Both the position numbers and the translations under genes were made by a program. From the NCBI RefSeq assembly GCF_009914755.1, contig NC_060939.1: a stretch of 64,000 nucleotides of DNA, one strand, 5' to 3'. Every line of letters begins with the position of its first letter. The stretch's first letter is position 1. Below are positions 1 to 13,984 of the stretch, one piece after another. This stretch comes from the human T2T-CHM13v2.0 reference genome, Homo sapiens. Below the pieces are notes generated by a model. It made no database searches, was not told where the DNA came from, and saw only the letters and a program-made list of their open reading frames with translations.

Positions 1-1977
1 TTTACCCAAATGAGACATTTGCATTACAAAATATTTTTATATGACAAAACGACTCACAATGATATTCCTTTAAATTGAAAGTTCCTGACAGCATTACTAA
101 TTGACCATGATTTTTCTTTTAAGTTTCAGGAATCAATGTATTGCCTGCACTTAATTTTAACTGAAAGCTACCTTGTATAATGTTCAGAAACTATATTGGA
201 ATTTATCTTTAAAATGCAGAGTGATGGAGCTACAGAACTGAAATAAAGAGAAACCAAAATGATTTGTTAAGAAAGACCACAGTCCAAATGCAGCTGACCC
301 CAGCACATCTTCCCATCACAGGTAAAGGAGGCCAAGGAAACCCCCAGTACTTGGGAGTGGGGGCTAGAGCAGGATCTGGTGCTAAGGCAAGCCCATACCC
401 CAAGTGAAGTTGTTGATGATTGAGTGTGGTGGAAAGACAGGTGGGGTGGTCTGATCAGCACCCTACCTGTGATGAATTTATCTCAGAACTTGGCTTTGCT
501 GTCATCCTGCATGGCCCCAGGTAAGGAATGCCCTTGTCTGAGCCTAACCCATTAGAGGCAGCTCAACTGCACTAAATCACTCTATTCCCAGACCAGCGGT
601 CACTGAGGCATTCATTCTGCTGGCAAATCTAGGATTGAATTAGAGAACTATTAAGGCCTCTTACAGTCCTGTAATTCTAAGATTTCTTTTATTCAATATT
701 TACTCCTTGGACCCGGGCTAGGCACTAGCAGAATCCTTCCAGGCCAGGTTTTCTCTGGCTTGGTAAACTAATCCTCTTTAATTCTCTGTCCAGACTATGT
801 CTTCCAAGCCTTTTCTTCATTGCTTATCTATCCAGAACAAAATGAGCCTTATGCGGCTCTCGGATCTGAGCAGTTAGATGTTTCCTTTTGTTCTTTGAGC
901 TTTTGTTGCTTCTGCCCATATTATATATGCATATATGTTTGTGTACCTACAGAAGTACATCTTGGTACTTATGCACACATGGAATGCTTGCTATTACCTA
1001 CAGAAGAAACCTGCTGTCAGCAAAAGCATTAGTTGTGTTTCTGTTTCTGTTTCTATTCCCCAAGCTAGGATTTTTGTTTGAGTAGGAATTTGTGCCTTAA
1101 TTATAAACATTAGTAAGTGAAAAATGTTTGCATTTCACAAATATATTTTCTGTTTCACAATCTTCATAGCAGAAAGTCAGGCTCATGAAATATGATATTT
1201 ACTTGCATAATTTTCTCTCCTTTTCCCCTGATATTTTGACTTTAACAGCAAGGGTGAAGAAAGTTATGCAAGCATATGGGGTCACCCTAGCAATCATCAT
1301 TAATCTTTGCTTCCCTCATCCTTGTTTACTAGAAGACCAAGCTAAATTGTACCTGGACTTTCTCAAATTTTTCCACAGCAGTGTTTCACATTTCTGAAAA
1401 AGTCACTTTCAGCAAAAGATGGCAGAAAAGGCACATGGCTGCATGAGGGCCTCTGATAAAAAGAGATAATTTGCAAGTGATGGGAGGCTGGAATTTATGG
1501 TGTTCAAGATGTGTTTTAAGCTGGGACATGAGCATCTCTAATTCAAGAGAAGAGGCCAGTGGCTTGCTGCAAAATTATTCCCTCCCTCGAGGGACTGAAG
1601 GTGCCCTGGGAAAGGGCCTTATGCCTCACAGTCCAGGGAGGATGGTGGGAGTAGGCAGGGAGAAGTATGAGAGGGAACTGGACAGTGATTGAGGAATGAT
1701 GGCTAAAATTAGTTTTTGCTTTCCCTCCCTTACCATTAGCAGACAGTCTGCCGCTCCAGCTGGCTTCTCTTGAAGTCAGAAAGTTAACCTCTTCTCTGCC
1801 TCAGCAAGGACAAAGCGTGTTCTATTCTTGCCTGTCAGTGTGGTTGGAGTTTTCAAAAGTGAAAGGGAAGATATGTGTAAAAAAATGTCTTACTGATTTT
1901 TCTTTTCAAAATATGCATGTGGAAGAAAATGTAAGTGCCAGACATTAAAATATAGTATTCTCATGTTTATTACACCA

Positions 1978-2205
1978 ATAATAGCTTAATTTGTGGATAC
2001 CTTTATAGATAGTAACAGTGTTTTAAGCACTTTGGATGCATGACATTATTTTTTCCTCCAGGTAACCTTCTGAGATATGCATTGTTGTTATCCCAAATTT
2101 ACAGATGGAGAAAGTGAGCTACAGAGGTCACTTGCCCATGGTTTCCTCATTAGTATATAGTGGAACAGGGATTCTCTGATTCCAAATCTTGTGATCTTAA
2201 CCATC
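1978..2205 (-). mobile_element. MIR SINE
   Basis: ttatcccaaatttacagatggagaaagtgagctacagagg is the reverse complement of the MIR core (ctcagtttcctcatctgtaaaatgggga). Confidence 0.8.
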
Positions 2206-2512
2206 TCATTGAACTATCTCAATTCAGCTAATGAGTCTTACATCAATGAGACTTATTGAATGAGTGAATATAGGAAAATAAAATTACACTGCATAAAGTA
2301 GGTACTTAGTAAATATCTGTGGAAGAAAGTTTACCCTTGTTCTGATCATGAGTCAAATCCCTATTTAGTGTCTGGTCTTTTGAGGACTACTGTTCCTTCA
2401 GATTTTGTGTTTGTTTATGTGCGTTCACATGGACGTACAAGAGCACACATTGACTAAACTCTAAAATCTCAACTAAATGGAACTCTGAAAGATCTCAGCT
2501 AAATTGAACTAA

Positions 2513-3042
2513 TTGATCTAACCAAATGATCTATGTATAATAGAAAACGTATAATAACACTTCCATGTCTTTATAAAAGTTGGGGTTAAGGATGCTTCTC
2601 AAAGTACAATCTAAAAGGAGTAACACAAATTTGTGAAATAATCAAAAACAGAAAAATATATGCCACCTATATGGCACATGTGGACTCCATTTTTAAAATT
2701 CCAATATATTCTACCTGTTGTGTTTTGAGGAAATTCTACCTGTTAGAGCATTTTATGGATGTGTACCTATGTGGCATACATTTTCAGCCATTTGATATAA
2801 CTAAATGATCTATGTGTAATAGAAAACAACATATAATAACACTTTTATGTCTTTACAACAGTTGGGATTAAGGATACTTGTCAAAGTACAATCTAAAAGG
2901 AGTAACACAAACTTGTGAAATAATCAAAAACAGAAAAATACACACCACCTATCTTGCATATGTGGACCCCATTTTTAAAATTCCAAAATATTCTCCCTGT
3001 TGTGTTTTGAGGAAACTACTGGTCAGAGCATTTTCTGAATGT
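2513..3042. repeat. Local direct duplication of a ~250-bp unit (period 279 bp)
   Basis: Copies at ~2513-2762 and ~2792-3042, about 88% identical by manual alignment; e.g. tcaaagtacaatctaaaaggagtaacacaaa occurs in both. Confidence 0.95.
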
Positions 3043-3044
3043 AG

Positions 3045-3449
<405 letters not shown>

Positions 3450-3787
3450 AGAAATCTGTATTCTTAATGAGAACCAAGCTTTGCAAAGAGTTGATGTAGT
3501 TAATTGAGGAAATGCCCTATGTTAAGAAGGACTGCTTCTGTTTCCTCTCCCAAGGCAGGAAAGTAGGCCTCTGTGCTTTGCTTCATAAAACCATATGCAT
3601 CATTTTGCTTGTATTAAATAAAATTTTCACTGCATTCATTTTGCTTGGTAAGTGGCATGTGACTACAGTACATAGTAATTACATGTTCCTGAAGACTACT
3701 TGGTAATTTGCACTTAATAAGACCAAAAATAATTATCCTGTACTCCAATCTAGAAAACATAAATAATCGTAAATATATGGTACTCAC

Positions 3788-3838
3788 CATGTAATTACTT
3801 TGCCACTCCACTCAACTCTCCATAAGATTGAGCTATTA
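3788..3838 (-). other. Candidate 51-nt exon (unknown transcript)
   Basis: Minus strand: ttctttacttcctcag acceptor and ATG|gtgagt donor; one open frame (NSSILWRVEWSGKVIT); no homology recognised. Confidence 0.2.
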
Positions 3839-4636
3839 CTGAGGAAGTAAAGAATCATCACAAAATATTCCCTATTTTGCCTGATAAACTAAAGCGACTC
3901 AACCACAACATTTGCATTTTCAGACACATTTTCGTAGGTTCAGAATTTAAATCAGAAAATTTAAAGGAAAGAGCATTCCTGAGCTCTTTGGGGACTTTCT
4001 GATTTGACCTTTTACGTAGTAGTGCTAGAAAATTTCTCTGAAATTTAAACAATTTTCAAACTCTTTAAAAATATGACATAACCCACCTGTCTGAGATGAC
4101 CTTTCAAAGCTACTTCTAATTCTGTTCTCTGAGTTAGTAGAGAATGATTAAATTTTAGGTCTGAGACACACTTATATGGAGCGGAGGGACAGGAGCTAGC
4201 ATTCCCCAGACAATCTTGCCTGCTTACATTTAGACTTGAGGTTCCTTTCTTCCTAATGGGATGAGCTCCAAAAGCCTTTCCACATAACACTATGCTCCAT
4301 GTAGGGTTTCCAGGTTCTACTGGCATCCATGGTTTTTCACGAACTCTGCAAAGCAATCGATAGTTAAAATCATGTTTTTGTAATGAATACAGTTAGAGAC
4401 CTTCTCCCATGACTAGCAAGGTGCAAGGACCTAGGTAGATATCTGAATCACCTGCAATAGATTTGTTTTGTTTTTTCATGTTTGTGGTTGTCTTCACAAG
4501 CAGAGTATTGTTGAAACCCTTCTTATTCTATTACCTCTCACTCACCAACAGCAACTACCACATCGATAAAGATTACTATAGCCATTGAAAGTGTATCACT
4601 ACCATGTGCAAAGAGAAGTATGTCGAAAAAAAAACC

Positions 4637-5790
4637 CATTCATTCATTTATTCAACAATTATTGATTAAAAGCCCACTATGCACCAGGCTGCCTAGGTGC
4701 TGGGAATATGGCAATGAGTAAAACAGAATTTCCCTGATCTTATGGAGATTAAATTCAAGTGAGTGGAGCAAACAAATGCTATCAGATCCCCTATAATGCT
4801 CACTTTGAAAACATGAATTTGTTCCAGTGCAACTTATTAGGGAACAATTTGGGTGTAATGTGAATTTTGTGTTTGCTTATGCATGAGTTGTCCATGAGAA
4901 ACACTGCAAGGTAGAAAACTGCACCCAGCTGAACTGAGTCACATAGGAATATACAGAGTGGACATACTTAGGGATCTACCAGTTTCCTCAGTTCTCCATG
5001 TTGTTATGAAACACATCCATCTGCATCTGGTATTACAACTGTTGATCCATTTTCACATAATCCTTGTTCTATCGCATTACAATCACTCACAGGCTGCAAC
5101 CCACCCCTGCCTCCACAAGCAAACTTCAGATCTTTTTCAGGGTACAGTAGTATTTATGTATATACTGACCACTTAACATATATAAAACTGTGCTATTATT
5201 TTTATTGTTGCCATCTTTTCCCGTAACGTGTCCCTGATGAAGTTTTTGCATGTTGGGCCCCCAACCCTATTTTCTCCATAAGTCCTGGGGTTTACATTGT
5301 GCAATTTCATGTGACATAGTGATTTTTAGGAACACATATGTCACCTTATGGCAGAACTATATATAAACAAGCAAACTGCCAAATAAACAAGATAATTCCA
5401 TGTAATGGGAAGTAGATTGAGAAAAGTAAATCAGGGAACATAGCTGAAAGTACCTGGATGGAGTGGGAAGGCACTCCTTTAGATGGCGTAGCCAAGGAGG
5501 CCTCTCTGAGGTCACATTTGAACTGACACCTGAATAACAAGAAGGAGATAGCCATGCAAAAATCTAGCTAAGAGCATTCTAGGAGGAGTAGTGGTGGGAT
5601 TTGTGGGGGTAAGGGACGCAAAGGTCTTAAACCAGGAATAAGCTTCACATGTTAGAGGAACAAAGAGGACCAGAGCAAAGAACAGGGGGTTGGGAACAGT
5701 AGCTGGTTTCAACTCATGTAGACATAGAAGAACATTGTAGGTCATAGGAATTTTAGATTAAGTGTGATGAGAAGCCACTGGAGGACTTTT
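4637..5790 (-). mobile_element. L2 LINE 3' portion, split by MER82
   Basis: cattcattcatttattcaacaa...ctatgcaccagg...ctaggtgctggg tail; resumes ~5362 with aggcctctctgagg...tttgaactga, ending gagaagccactggagg. Confidence 0.8.
4783..5360 (+). mobile_element. MER82 (TcMar-Tigger DNA transposon)
   Basis: ttagggaacaattt, gaaaactgcacccagctgaac, cacaagcaaacttcag and gtgatttttaggaacacatatgtc match recalled MER82 consensus. Confidence 0.85.
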
Positions 5791-5814
5791 TCCACTACTG
5801 ATTGAAGCACCTGC

Positions 5815-5880
5815 TCTATTTACAGATGAGTATCTGAGGTCTAGAGAGTTTATACTTCATGCCCAAGGTCAAGTCTCCAG
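5815..5880 (-). mobile_element. MIR fragment
   Basis: attttacagatgagtatctgaggtctagagag...gcccaaggtca. Confidence 0.65.
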
Positions 5881-6992
5881 CCAGAATCTAGGTCTCATAT
5901 CTTTTCTCATGGGAATAGGATATACACATGCAGCCATTCCTAGATGAATCCTTCATTTGAACTCTGGGAAAGAGGATATCGATTGGGAAATTTTCCCAGA
6001 TTGTCCCAAAACAGATTCTGGATCCATTAAAAGCATGATGATATTGGACAGAAGTCCAGTTTAATCAGGCTATGTCCAATGTCCTGTTTCATTCCACTGG
6101 TGAGAGAAAAATAGGCCAGATAAATGCCACTAAGCCATCATAGGTGCTAGCAAGATTTGTAAGACAGCCAGTCTTGCTTAAGCAACTGCCGGTGCCCAGA
6201 CCACCCCGAGGGGTGCTTTTGAGGAGTGCAATGATGCAGTCAGCGGATGTCCAGAGTGCTCCTTGCTTTCTCACTAACTGACATGAGACACGAGGCATGA
6301 GAATCTCTTGACAGTGGATTACGAGGCCACACCATGAGTCCCACAACTGAAAGAAGTTGTAGAATTTCTTTTCTTAGATGGATTGACACTTGTTCTTTAT
6401 CAAAGCCAGTCGGAAGACAAAAGAATAAATTTAACTTGACAATAGGCTAAATGCCACAGGGTAAATGCCTCAGCAAAAAGCAGGCTATTTGGGGTTCTGC
6501 TCTACACTAAGCAAAAGAGGCAGCTGCCTATAGGGTGTGGTGTGAAGAGGCTGCTGGGTGTCTTGTGAGGGTCTGGAGCAGGTGGCCCTGTGTGCACTGC
6601 CCACAGCCCTGAGCTCACACATCCCTTGCTCCTCAGTCCTGCAGTCCTGCCTGCAGCCCTCCATGTCTCTTGTCTCTAGAAGACTGGGGAGGAGACGGTG
6701 GGTGATGAGGTACTAAACAGTCTGTGATTCTCAGGCTGAGCTTCAAAGCATGTCTTCCCAATCCCACCCCACCCTCAGCCTGCCAGCCTCTCAAGGGCAG
6801 CGCAAGATCCATAAGTGATTCCTACCCTCAGCTACATACTTGTTCTCCACTGCCTCATTCCACATCTGCATAATCCAGAATCTTTCACGTAGACACTGCT
6901 ATACCTTTATGCCTTTTACAAAGCTATATCATTTGCCACAAAATATTGCCAAGCCCTCCACTCCCACAGGATTCCAGGAAGCAGGGCAAGCC

Positions 6993-7110
6993 CACATTCA
7001 CTCATTCATCAAATCAGCACATATTTACTGAATAGCTAATGAGAGCTATGCACTATTCTCAGTGCTAGGAATTAATCTATGAATGAGAAAGACCCAAGGT
7101 CTGCCCTCTG
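6993..7110 (-). mobile_element. L2 3' fragment
   Basis: cattcactcattcatc...atatttactgaat...gtgctagga...gaatgagaaagac...ctgccctc. Confidence 0.65.
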
Positions 7111-7147
7111 GACCTCCTCCTAGGATGTACATCCCTTTGGCCATATA

Positions 7148-7330
7148 TCTCAAGGATGGCCCTAAGTCCACTTCAGCAGAGGCAGCTGTGACACCTGCTA
7201 AACACGTGAGTTCCATGGCCCACTCTAGACCTTTTGTAGAAACTGAGTTTCTAGGATGGTGCCTTGGAATCTGCACTTTTTCAAAGCTTCCCCAGTGATT
7301 TTTATAAAAGTTAAAGTTCAAGAACTGCTG
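7148..7330. mobile_element. MER5-type hAT-Charlie element
   Basis: ggaatctgcactttttcaaagcttccccagtgatt...aaagttcaagaactgctg terminus. Confidence 0.7.
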
Positions 7331-8060
7331 CTCCAAGGAATGAATGAAGGACTGTAGCTGGAGAGGTTCTTTCTGCTCCTTAGAGTCTGGCCTCAGAGCA
7401 AGGGGCATCTTCTGCTCGTGAGACCATTCAAGGATGTTCTCTGGGGATTCTGTGCCTTATAGGTAGTCAGGGCTGGAAGTTGTTTCGGTCTTGGATTTGA
7501 AGGCAACCACAAAGCCCTCACCCCAACAGGCGGTCTCCAGGAGCCACGTATTTTATCAGGATTGCGTCCTTTGTGCCTAGACATGGCCCTCTTTTAAAAG
7601 TAGTCACTCCTAGGCATGGCTTGGCAATAAACAATGACCAGTTATTTCTACCTGAGTGTAAACCAGGGCTCCATACCCCAGCTGTCAGTGATGGCCCGCA
7701 GAGAGCAGACATGGATAGGAATGGGAATGTGTATTCCAGGACATGTGGCCAAGATGGCTTACAAGTCTTCTGGGAAAGGGGAAGCGTGACAGCTGTGACA
7801 ACATTAGGGCTTGGGAGGAGAGCAGGGGAGAAAGAAGGCAGAGAGTAGCCAGAGGTCAAAGAGGTTACTGGGAGAGTCGGGTTCTTCTTCACAGCTTTGT
7901 CTGCATCCTGATCTACTTTAGACTGGATGTCTTTAGGACACAATGAGCAAGTGCAGTCTCCCTGTCCTTCTCCCACTGCAACCAGCTCACAGCACGGATC
8001 CCATCTATGGCTTATCCACAAACACTTCATTATCACCTGCCCTTGCCCCAGCCCTCTGCA

Positions 8061-8516
<456 letters not shown>

Positions 8517-9704
8517 TTATTTAGCCCCTGGCATAGCATCTCATGCAAATAGCCATTTAATACTTGTGTTTGATGATCATGAAAGTGATAATAAAACCCT
8601 GCAAGGGATGATTGAGGATAAGGCTCTTTATTTTTGGTATCTTTTGTTGGAAACTGCCTTAAATCTGTTTTAGAAGTAGGCAGGGTACAAATAATAAATG
8701 AATGATTGGATGAGGCTTTAAACCTCTGGGGCCTCTCTAGACTTTCCATTTCCTCTCATACCCCCAGGGCAAAGCAGCCTTCTGGGGATGGAAGGTGAAG
8801 AGAATTTTTTCATTCATGCATGTATTCATTCAACAAATAAGTTTTGAAAACCAGACCATGCTTCTCTTAAGCAATCACCTTGCTCCAGGGTTTCTAGACC
8901 AAGTGACTTCTTGAAGTTTCTTTCAAGGCTGTGATTCTTGATTCTACTCAGAAAAGGTGGGGATATTGAGGAAGTGATATTGATAAGGCCCCACAGGCAT
9001 CGGAGATTTAGGGAATGTATGAAGGCAGCAGGTGTCCATCGTCTTTCTGCCTATCTTAATACAAAAGCACTGGTGAAATTGCTTTAATGCTTTGTTTGGC
9101 ATCTGTTTATGTCAAGTCAGATCTTCTCCCAACATCCAAATGAAACCTGATGTGACCTCACATAATACAGCAGATGTGTCACCTTGTAACAAACCCTGCA
9201 CAAAGGTCTTACTTGACGTTTAAGTGCATCAAAATGGAAATTATATATGATCAGATTTACCTTTCCTAAGCATTTTGCTTCTAGTGGTACCTAAATTATA
9301 CCAGTTGATTAAAATAGGCAATCAATGTCTGCCTGTTGGTGGTGTCTTAACTTGCTATATATACTGTTGGTAAATACCACAACATTATTTTAATCTGTAA
9401 ATCGGATTTGTCAGGTCTGATTTATTTAAACGGCTCTCATGTCCCAAATTCTCTCTGACAGCCCCAATATGGGAGCCTATCCTCTTCTTGAAAAGGTAAT
9501 ATTGCCTGGGGCTTGTTGCTACCTTAATAGAGGCAAGGACACTGTGTAGCAAGAAATAAGAGAAAGACAGGCCACCTTTTCTACAACAAGTTTCTGCAAG
9601 CCTCCAATAGCTCAACCAAGCAGCGTCTTTTCACAGAAATTAGGAGAGTACTAACTGATCTAGGTGCGAGGCCAAACACATATTATTTATGTCAATAATA
9701 CTAT

Positions 9705-9875
9705 TGATAACAGTAACAAAAATTGATCCATCATTTACTATGTGCTATGCACTGGGCTAAGTAATTTTTTTAAAATGTATTATCCTATTCAATTCCTACA
9801 GCAACCCCCATAAGCAAGTACTATTTTATATATGCCAAAGCTCGAGTTGAGAAAAGTTTAGAAACTTGCTCAGAT
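9705..9875 (-). mobile_element. MIR SINE
   Basis: catttactatgtgctatgcactgggctaag...cctacagcaaccccataag. Confidence 0.7.
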
Positions 9876-11583
9876 TTGTCTGGCACCAGCCTGCAGCCCT
9901 AACCACCAGGCACAGACACACAGCCTGTCTCCAAAGAGTTGTTATGATTAACTGGCTTTTTAAAGGAGGGATGAGACTATGGGGGACCATTTGTTCAAGA
10001 TTACATTCCTACCTGAGACCACTGTGGTTCCTTCAAATTCTGTAATACTCACTTCAATAAACCTGTTAATTTGCTGTTTCTCAGCCTTTTAAAATGAGCA
10101 AGTCTTTCTACAATTAAATAATAAGAGACACTTACTTTTAATATTTATTACACATAAAAATGACAAAAAGGTGCCTTTTAAATGAGTTCCATTATATGCT
10201 GTTTATTATGGCCTCTTAGATGTATTTTCATGGTGTATCCCTTATTTAGTGTACAAACAGTGCTTAGCAGGCAACGGAATTCAGGGACTTCTTACAAGAA
10301 GTGATAGGGGCCTATTAGAAGATGAGAGCCAGCACTTTAATTTAGAAGATACATCAAGGATGCCAGGGAAAATGCCAAGAACTCAGAAATCATGGTCTTG
10401 CTTCATGTCGTTTTTGTACTGTAGGGCAGTCTTGGTTGGGCAAGGCAGCTAACTTCAGTGAGCCTTAATTAACTTATTTTTACAAAGCTATAACTTTTTA
10501 TCTACTTCTCAGATTGGCTAGGAAGACCAAATATGGTCCTCTCTTTCATAGTGCTTTGTTACACAAATACAAATAAAAGGTGGTTATATTATCCAAATGG
10601 TCTCATATCCTATCATTATATACAGAAGATTTTACTTTCGGAAACCAACAGCATTTTACAATGGAGTTCTATGAGTAAAGCGCCCCCCATACCCCAACAG
10701 CTGGCTCATAGTAACAGTGATTTGTGGAATTAAATGAATTGTCTTCGAAGAAAAATCCTGTAGAACGTATTCACAAGTTCCACCCCCCACCCCACCCGGC
10801 AGCCATCAGTCTGTAACGAAAATTCTGTTTCCCTACTTATTTTTTGCTAGAACTGTATTTAAATGTAGGATAAGATTTTCAAAATGAAATTTGACAGGTT
10901 TTTTTTTTTTTTTTTTTTTACAAGACCTGTCTGTGTTTGTCTTCAGCTCTCTTCTCCCCAGGGTGTTTCCAGTGGGCTGGGAAGGCTGCCAAAGGGTAGG
11001 CTAGAGGCTGAAGTCTCCAGGGAGTCTGGGTTTGAGGAAAGAGAGAGAAGAGTTATTGTAGTATAGGAGCAGCAGACGGGAAGAAGGAGCTTCAGCATTC
11101 GTTGATGGGCCCAACCTGCTGGAGGAAGCCTCTTTCTGGGGCTGGAGGAGCTTTCCCAGCACATGGGAGGAGCAAAGCTGAAGGAGGCAGGCTGGCTGGG
11201 AGTGCAGGAGGGCCCTGCAAAGCCCCCTCTGCCCTACCTCACCCCACCCGTCACGGCTCTGTCCTGGGTTTCAAAGTGGTCCCATCACCTCCTCTACACT
11301 TCTTCCATTCAGACAGTCCCTTGTCTTGTGTGCCCTGGCTCCATCTTACATTTCTGCTGACTGGAGGGTCCAAACTAGTCTCTGGTCCCACAGCATTTCA
11401 GACCTCTCTGAAGAGCATGATTCATTGGAAAATAAAGAAGCCCTAAATCTATACATATCTTCTACAACTGTGAGTCTTATGTTGAAACCCTTACAGTTGT
11501 TTAGGGTTAGTTATAGCACAAATAAGAAAAACAAGTCCACTATATATGGTGCAAAATAAATTCTGCCTTCAGTGATCCGAAGC

Positions 11584-11772
11584 CAGGGCTGGCACATGTT
11601 TTCTCTAAAGGACAAGCTAGTCAATATCTTAGGCTTTGAGGGCCATACATTCTTTATCACAGCTAATCTACCCTGTGTTTGTAAGCAGCCATAGACCATA
11701 TGAATATAGCGGTGTTCCAGTAAAACTTTATTTATAAAAACAGGTGGTGGGGCCAGAGATTGCTGATTGCTG
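11584..11772. mobile_element. MER58A (hAT-Charlie)
   Basis: cagggctggca...aatatcttaggctttgagggccata...gtgttccagtaaaactttatttataaaaacaggtgg. Confidence 0.85.
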
Positions 11773-12854
11773 GAGCAATAAAAACATTTTTTACTTTTTC
11801 TTTCTTTTTTTTTTTAATTGAGATGTCACTTTGACATTTCGGATTTCAGTAAATACTAGAAAGCCTGAATCTCCTCCCCTTTCTCCATTTGCATTGTCAG
11901 GTGAGCTCACTGTTGTAGCTAAATGAGAGTTGAGATGGCAACATTGATTTACTCAGACAGTTGCCATCTCTCTGAAAAGAGTGGCTGGGAAGTTGCGTGA
12001 GTGCAGCTACTTCTACAGGAAAACACAGAGGAAAGATAACTGGATGCCTAACTAATGAAGAAATTCCCCTGACACTCATAGAAAGACTGAGCAGAAAGGG
12101 CCTTTTCTCACTGGCTCCCTCCCACGCCCTATCCCATACACACTCCTAGTCCCTCTAATGAGAGTTGGCCAGCCCAGAGGATCCCACAAAGTACTCCAGC
12201 CATGACCCCAGTCATGTCTGTCCTCTCACTCTCCAAGATTTCCTGCCCCACTATCCTTCCTCTGCAGAGACATTGCCTTTTCAGAGGGGTAATTAACTTC
12301 AGTGAAACTCCAGCAAGGCCATTTGTCTAGGGGACAGAATTGTAGCCTGTTCTGCCCCTATCTTTTAGAGAGTAGATTAAACTGACTTCAGCAGAGTCAA
12401 ATCCCTGGTATTAGCCTTTCAGCTGCCCCCTCCTTCACAGACAGAGCCACAGGAGCTGCCCGCTCCTGCCTTTCCTCTTTTGTAAGCCATGCTCCTCAGA
12501 CTCCGTAAAAAAAGAGTCATTACTTGGAGAAAAGTTTTGAGTTAGCATAAGAACTGCACACATCTGAAACCACAAATCACGAATTTGAGACTACAGAGAG
12601 CCTCCCTTGCAGGCATTTGCAATTGCAGTTTGAAGACCAGCCATCTGGATGTTGTCTTAAAGTGTGAGTCTCCATTGTGGCTCCGTCTGTGAAGGAAAAA
12701 GTAAAGTCCCTGGAAGAATTTAGAGAGTGGGAGTAGGGGTTTAGAAGGCAGTTACACTTAGACATGACTAGTATTTCCTAGAGGACTGAGTTTTATAGTC
12801 CCTTAGTAATAAGCAAAGAGCCCAAGAGAGGGTTTGTCAGTCACAAATGAAAAG

Positions 12855-13076
12855 CAGTGGTTCTCGATCAGGGCAGTTTGTCTGCCAAGGGGACACTTGG
12901 CAATCTGGAGATGTTTTTGGTTGCCACAACTGTCACAATGGGGAGGCTGCATACTAATGGCATCTAATGGGTAGAAGCTAAGGATGTTGCTAAACATCGT
13001 ACGGTGCACAGAACAGACCCCCAACAAAGGATTATCCGGCACCAAATGTCAATAGTACTGAGGTTGAGAAACACTG
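12855..13076. mobile_element. MER20 (hAT-Charlie), full length
   Basis: TIRs cagtggttctc / gagaaacactg; internal ggcatctaatgggtagaagctaaggatgttgctaaacatc; near-perfect TSD aatgaaaag / aatgaaag. Confidence 0.92.
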
Positions 13077-13144
13077 AATGAAAGGTGTTTCATGTTCTGA
13101 GCAGCCCTCCGCTGTGAGTAGTTAAACCATGAGTGGATATGCCG

Positions 13145-13158
13145 GCTGAGTCACATGA
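13145..13158. promoter_or_regulatory. Overlapping AP-1/ARE and M-box-type E-box motif
   Basis: gctgagtcacatga contains TGAGTCA, the ARE core (GTGACTCAGC on minus) and TCATGTGAC on minus; motif match only. Confidence 0.3.
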
Positions 13159-13984
13159 GGGTCCCCTCCCGGCAGGCTTCCTTCAGGGTGTGTGCATGGC
13201 TAGACAGCAGAGGGCACCACTCCCACCACACCACCTCCATTCTGGTGGCAAGAAAGGGTACATGGATGGGAAATACTTTCATGTTTCTTCCCCTATGAGG
13301 TGCTATTTTTTCTAACAAATGTAGGTAAGGGGGCATGTCTCCACCATGCTTTGCATGGTAAGGGAGATGGGGCAGAAACAGTCTGGCTCCAACTCTGGCA
13401 GGCCTTCCTGTTCCTGCTCCAGCCCCTGCTGACTCTGAGTGTGAGTTCTCCCCTGGATCCTGCTGACAAAGCAAGTGTTTGCCCTCCCAGTGGTCCTCTC
13501 CTTGGCCTGCTGAGCCATGGGCTCCTTGGCCATGTTTCTCTTCCTCTTTCAATCCAATCCTACCCACTTTCCATCTTTAAAAAACACTCCAAGTTTCTAG
13601 TCTGCTCATGTCCACCTTCTTTGCTTTATAGGGATTTAGTGAATTTATTCTTGCATACATATTTCCTTGGTCATTTCAATGGACTTTAGGGAGGCACAGA
13701 AGTAGAGGTATTGGCTAAGGGATCCCTCGAGAACAGCAACTCATCCACTGGATTGAACACCAGGACAGTCACTGGTGGCCTTACAAGAGCAGCATCAGTA
13801 GAGTGTGTTGGCAGAAGCCAAATTGTAGTAGGTTGAGTAGATTTGAGTAAAGAAAGGCATTTTGGTTATCTATAGCTATGGGACAATCCAACATAAAACT
13901 TAGTGGCTTAAAACCTCCATTTATTATTATCTTTCAGAGTTTTTGGGTTGATTGGGTTCAGTTAGATGGTTCTAGATTGGGGTC

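Noticed and set aside
7518-8036. Longest ORF in the track (172 aa, minus)
   Set aside because: No recognisable domain or exon structure; length is compatible with chance in a 64-kb six-frame scan
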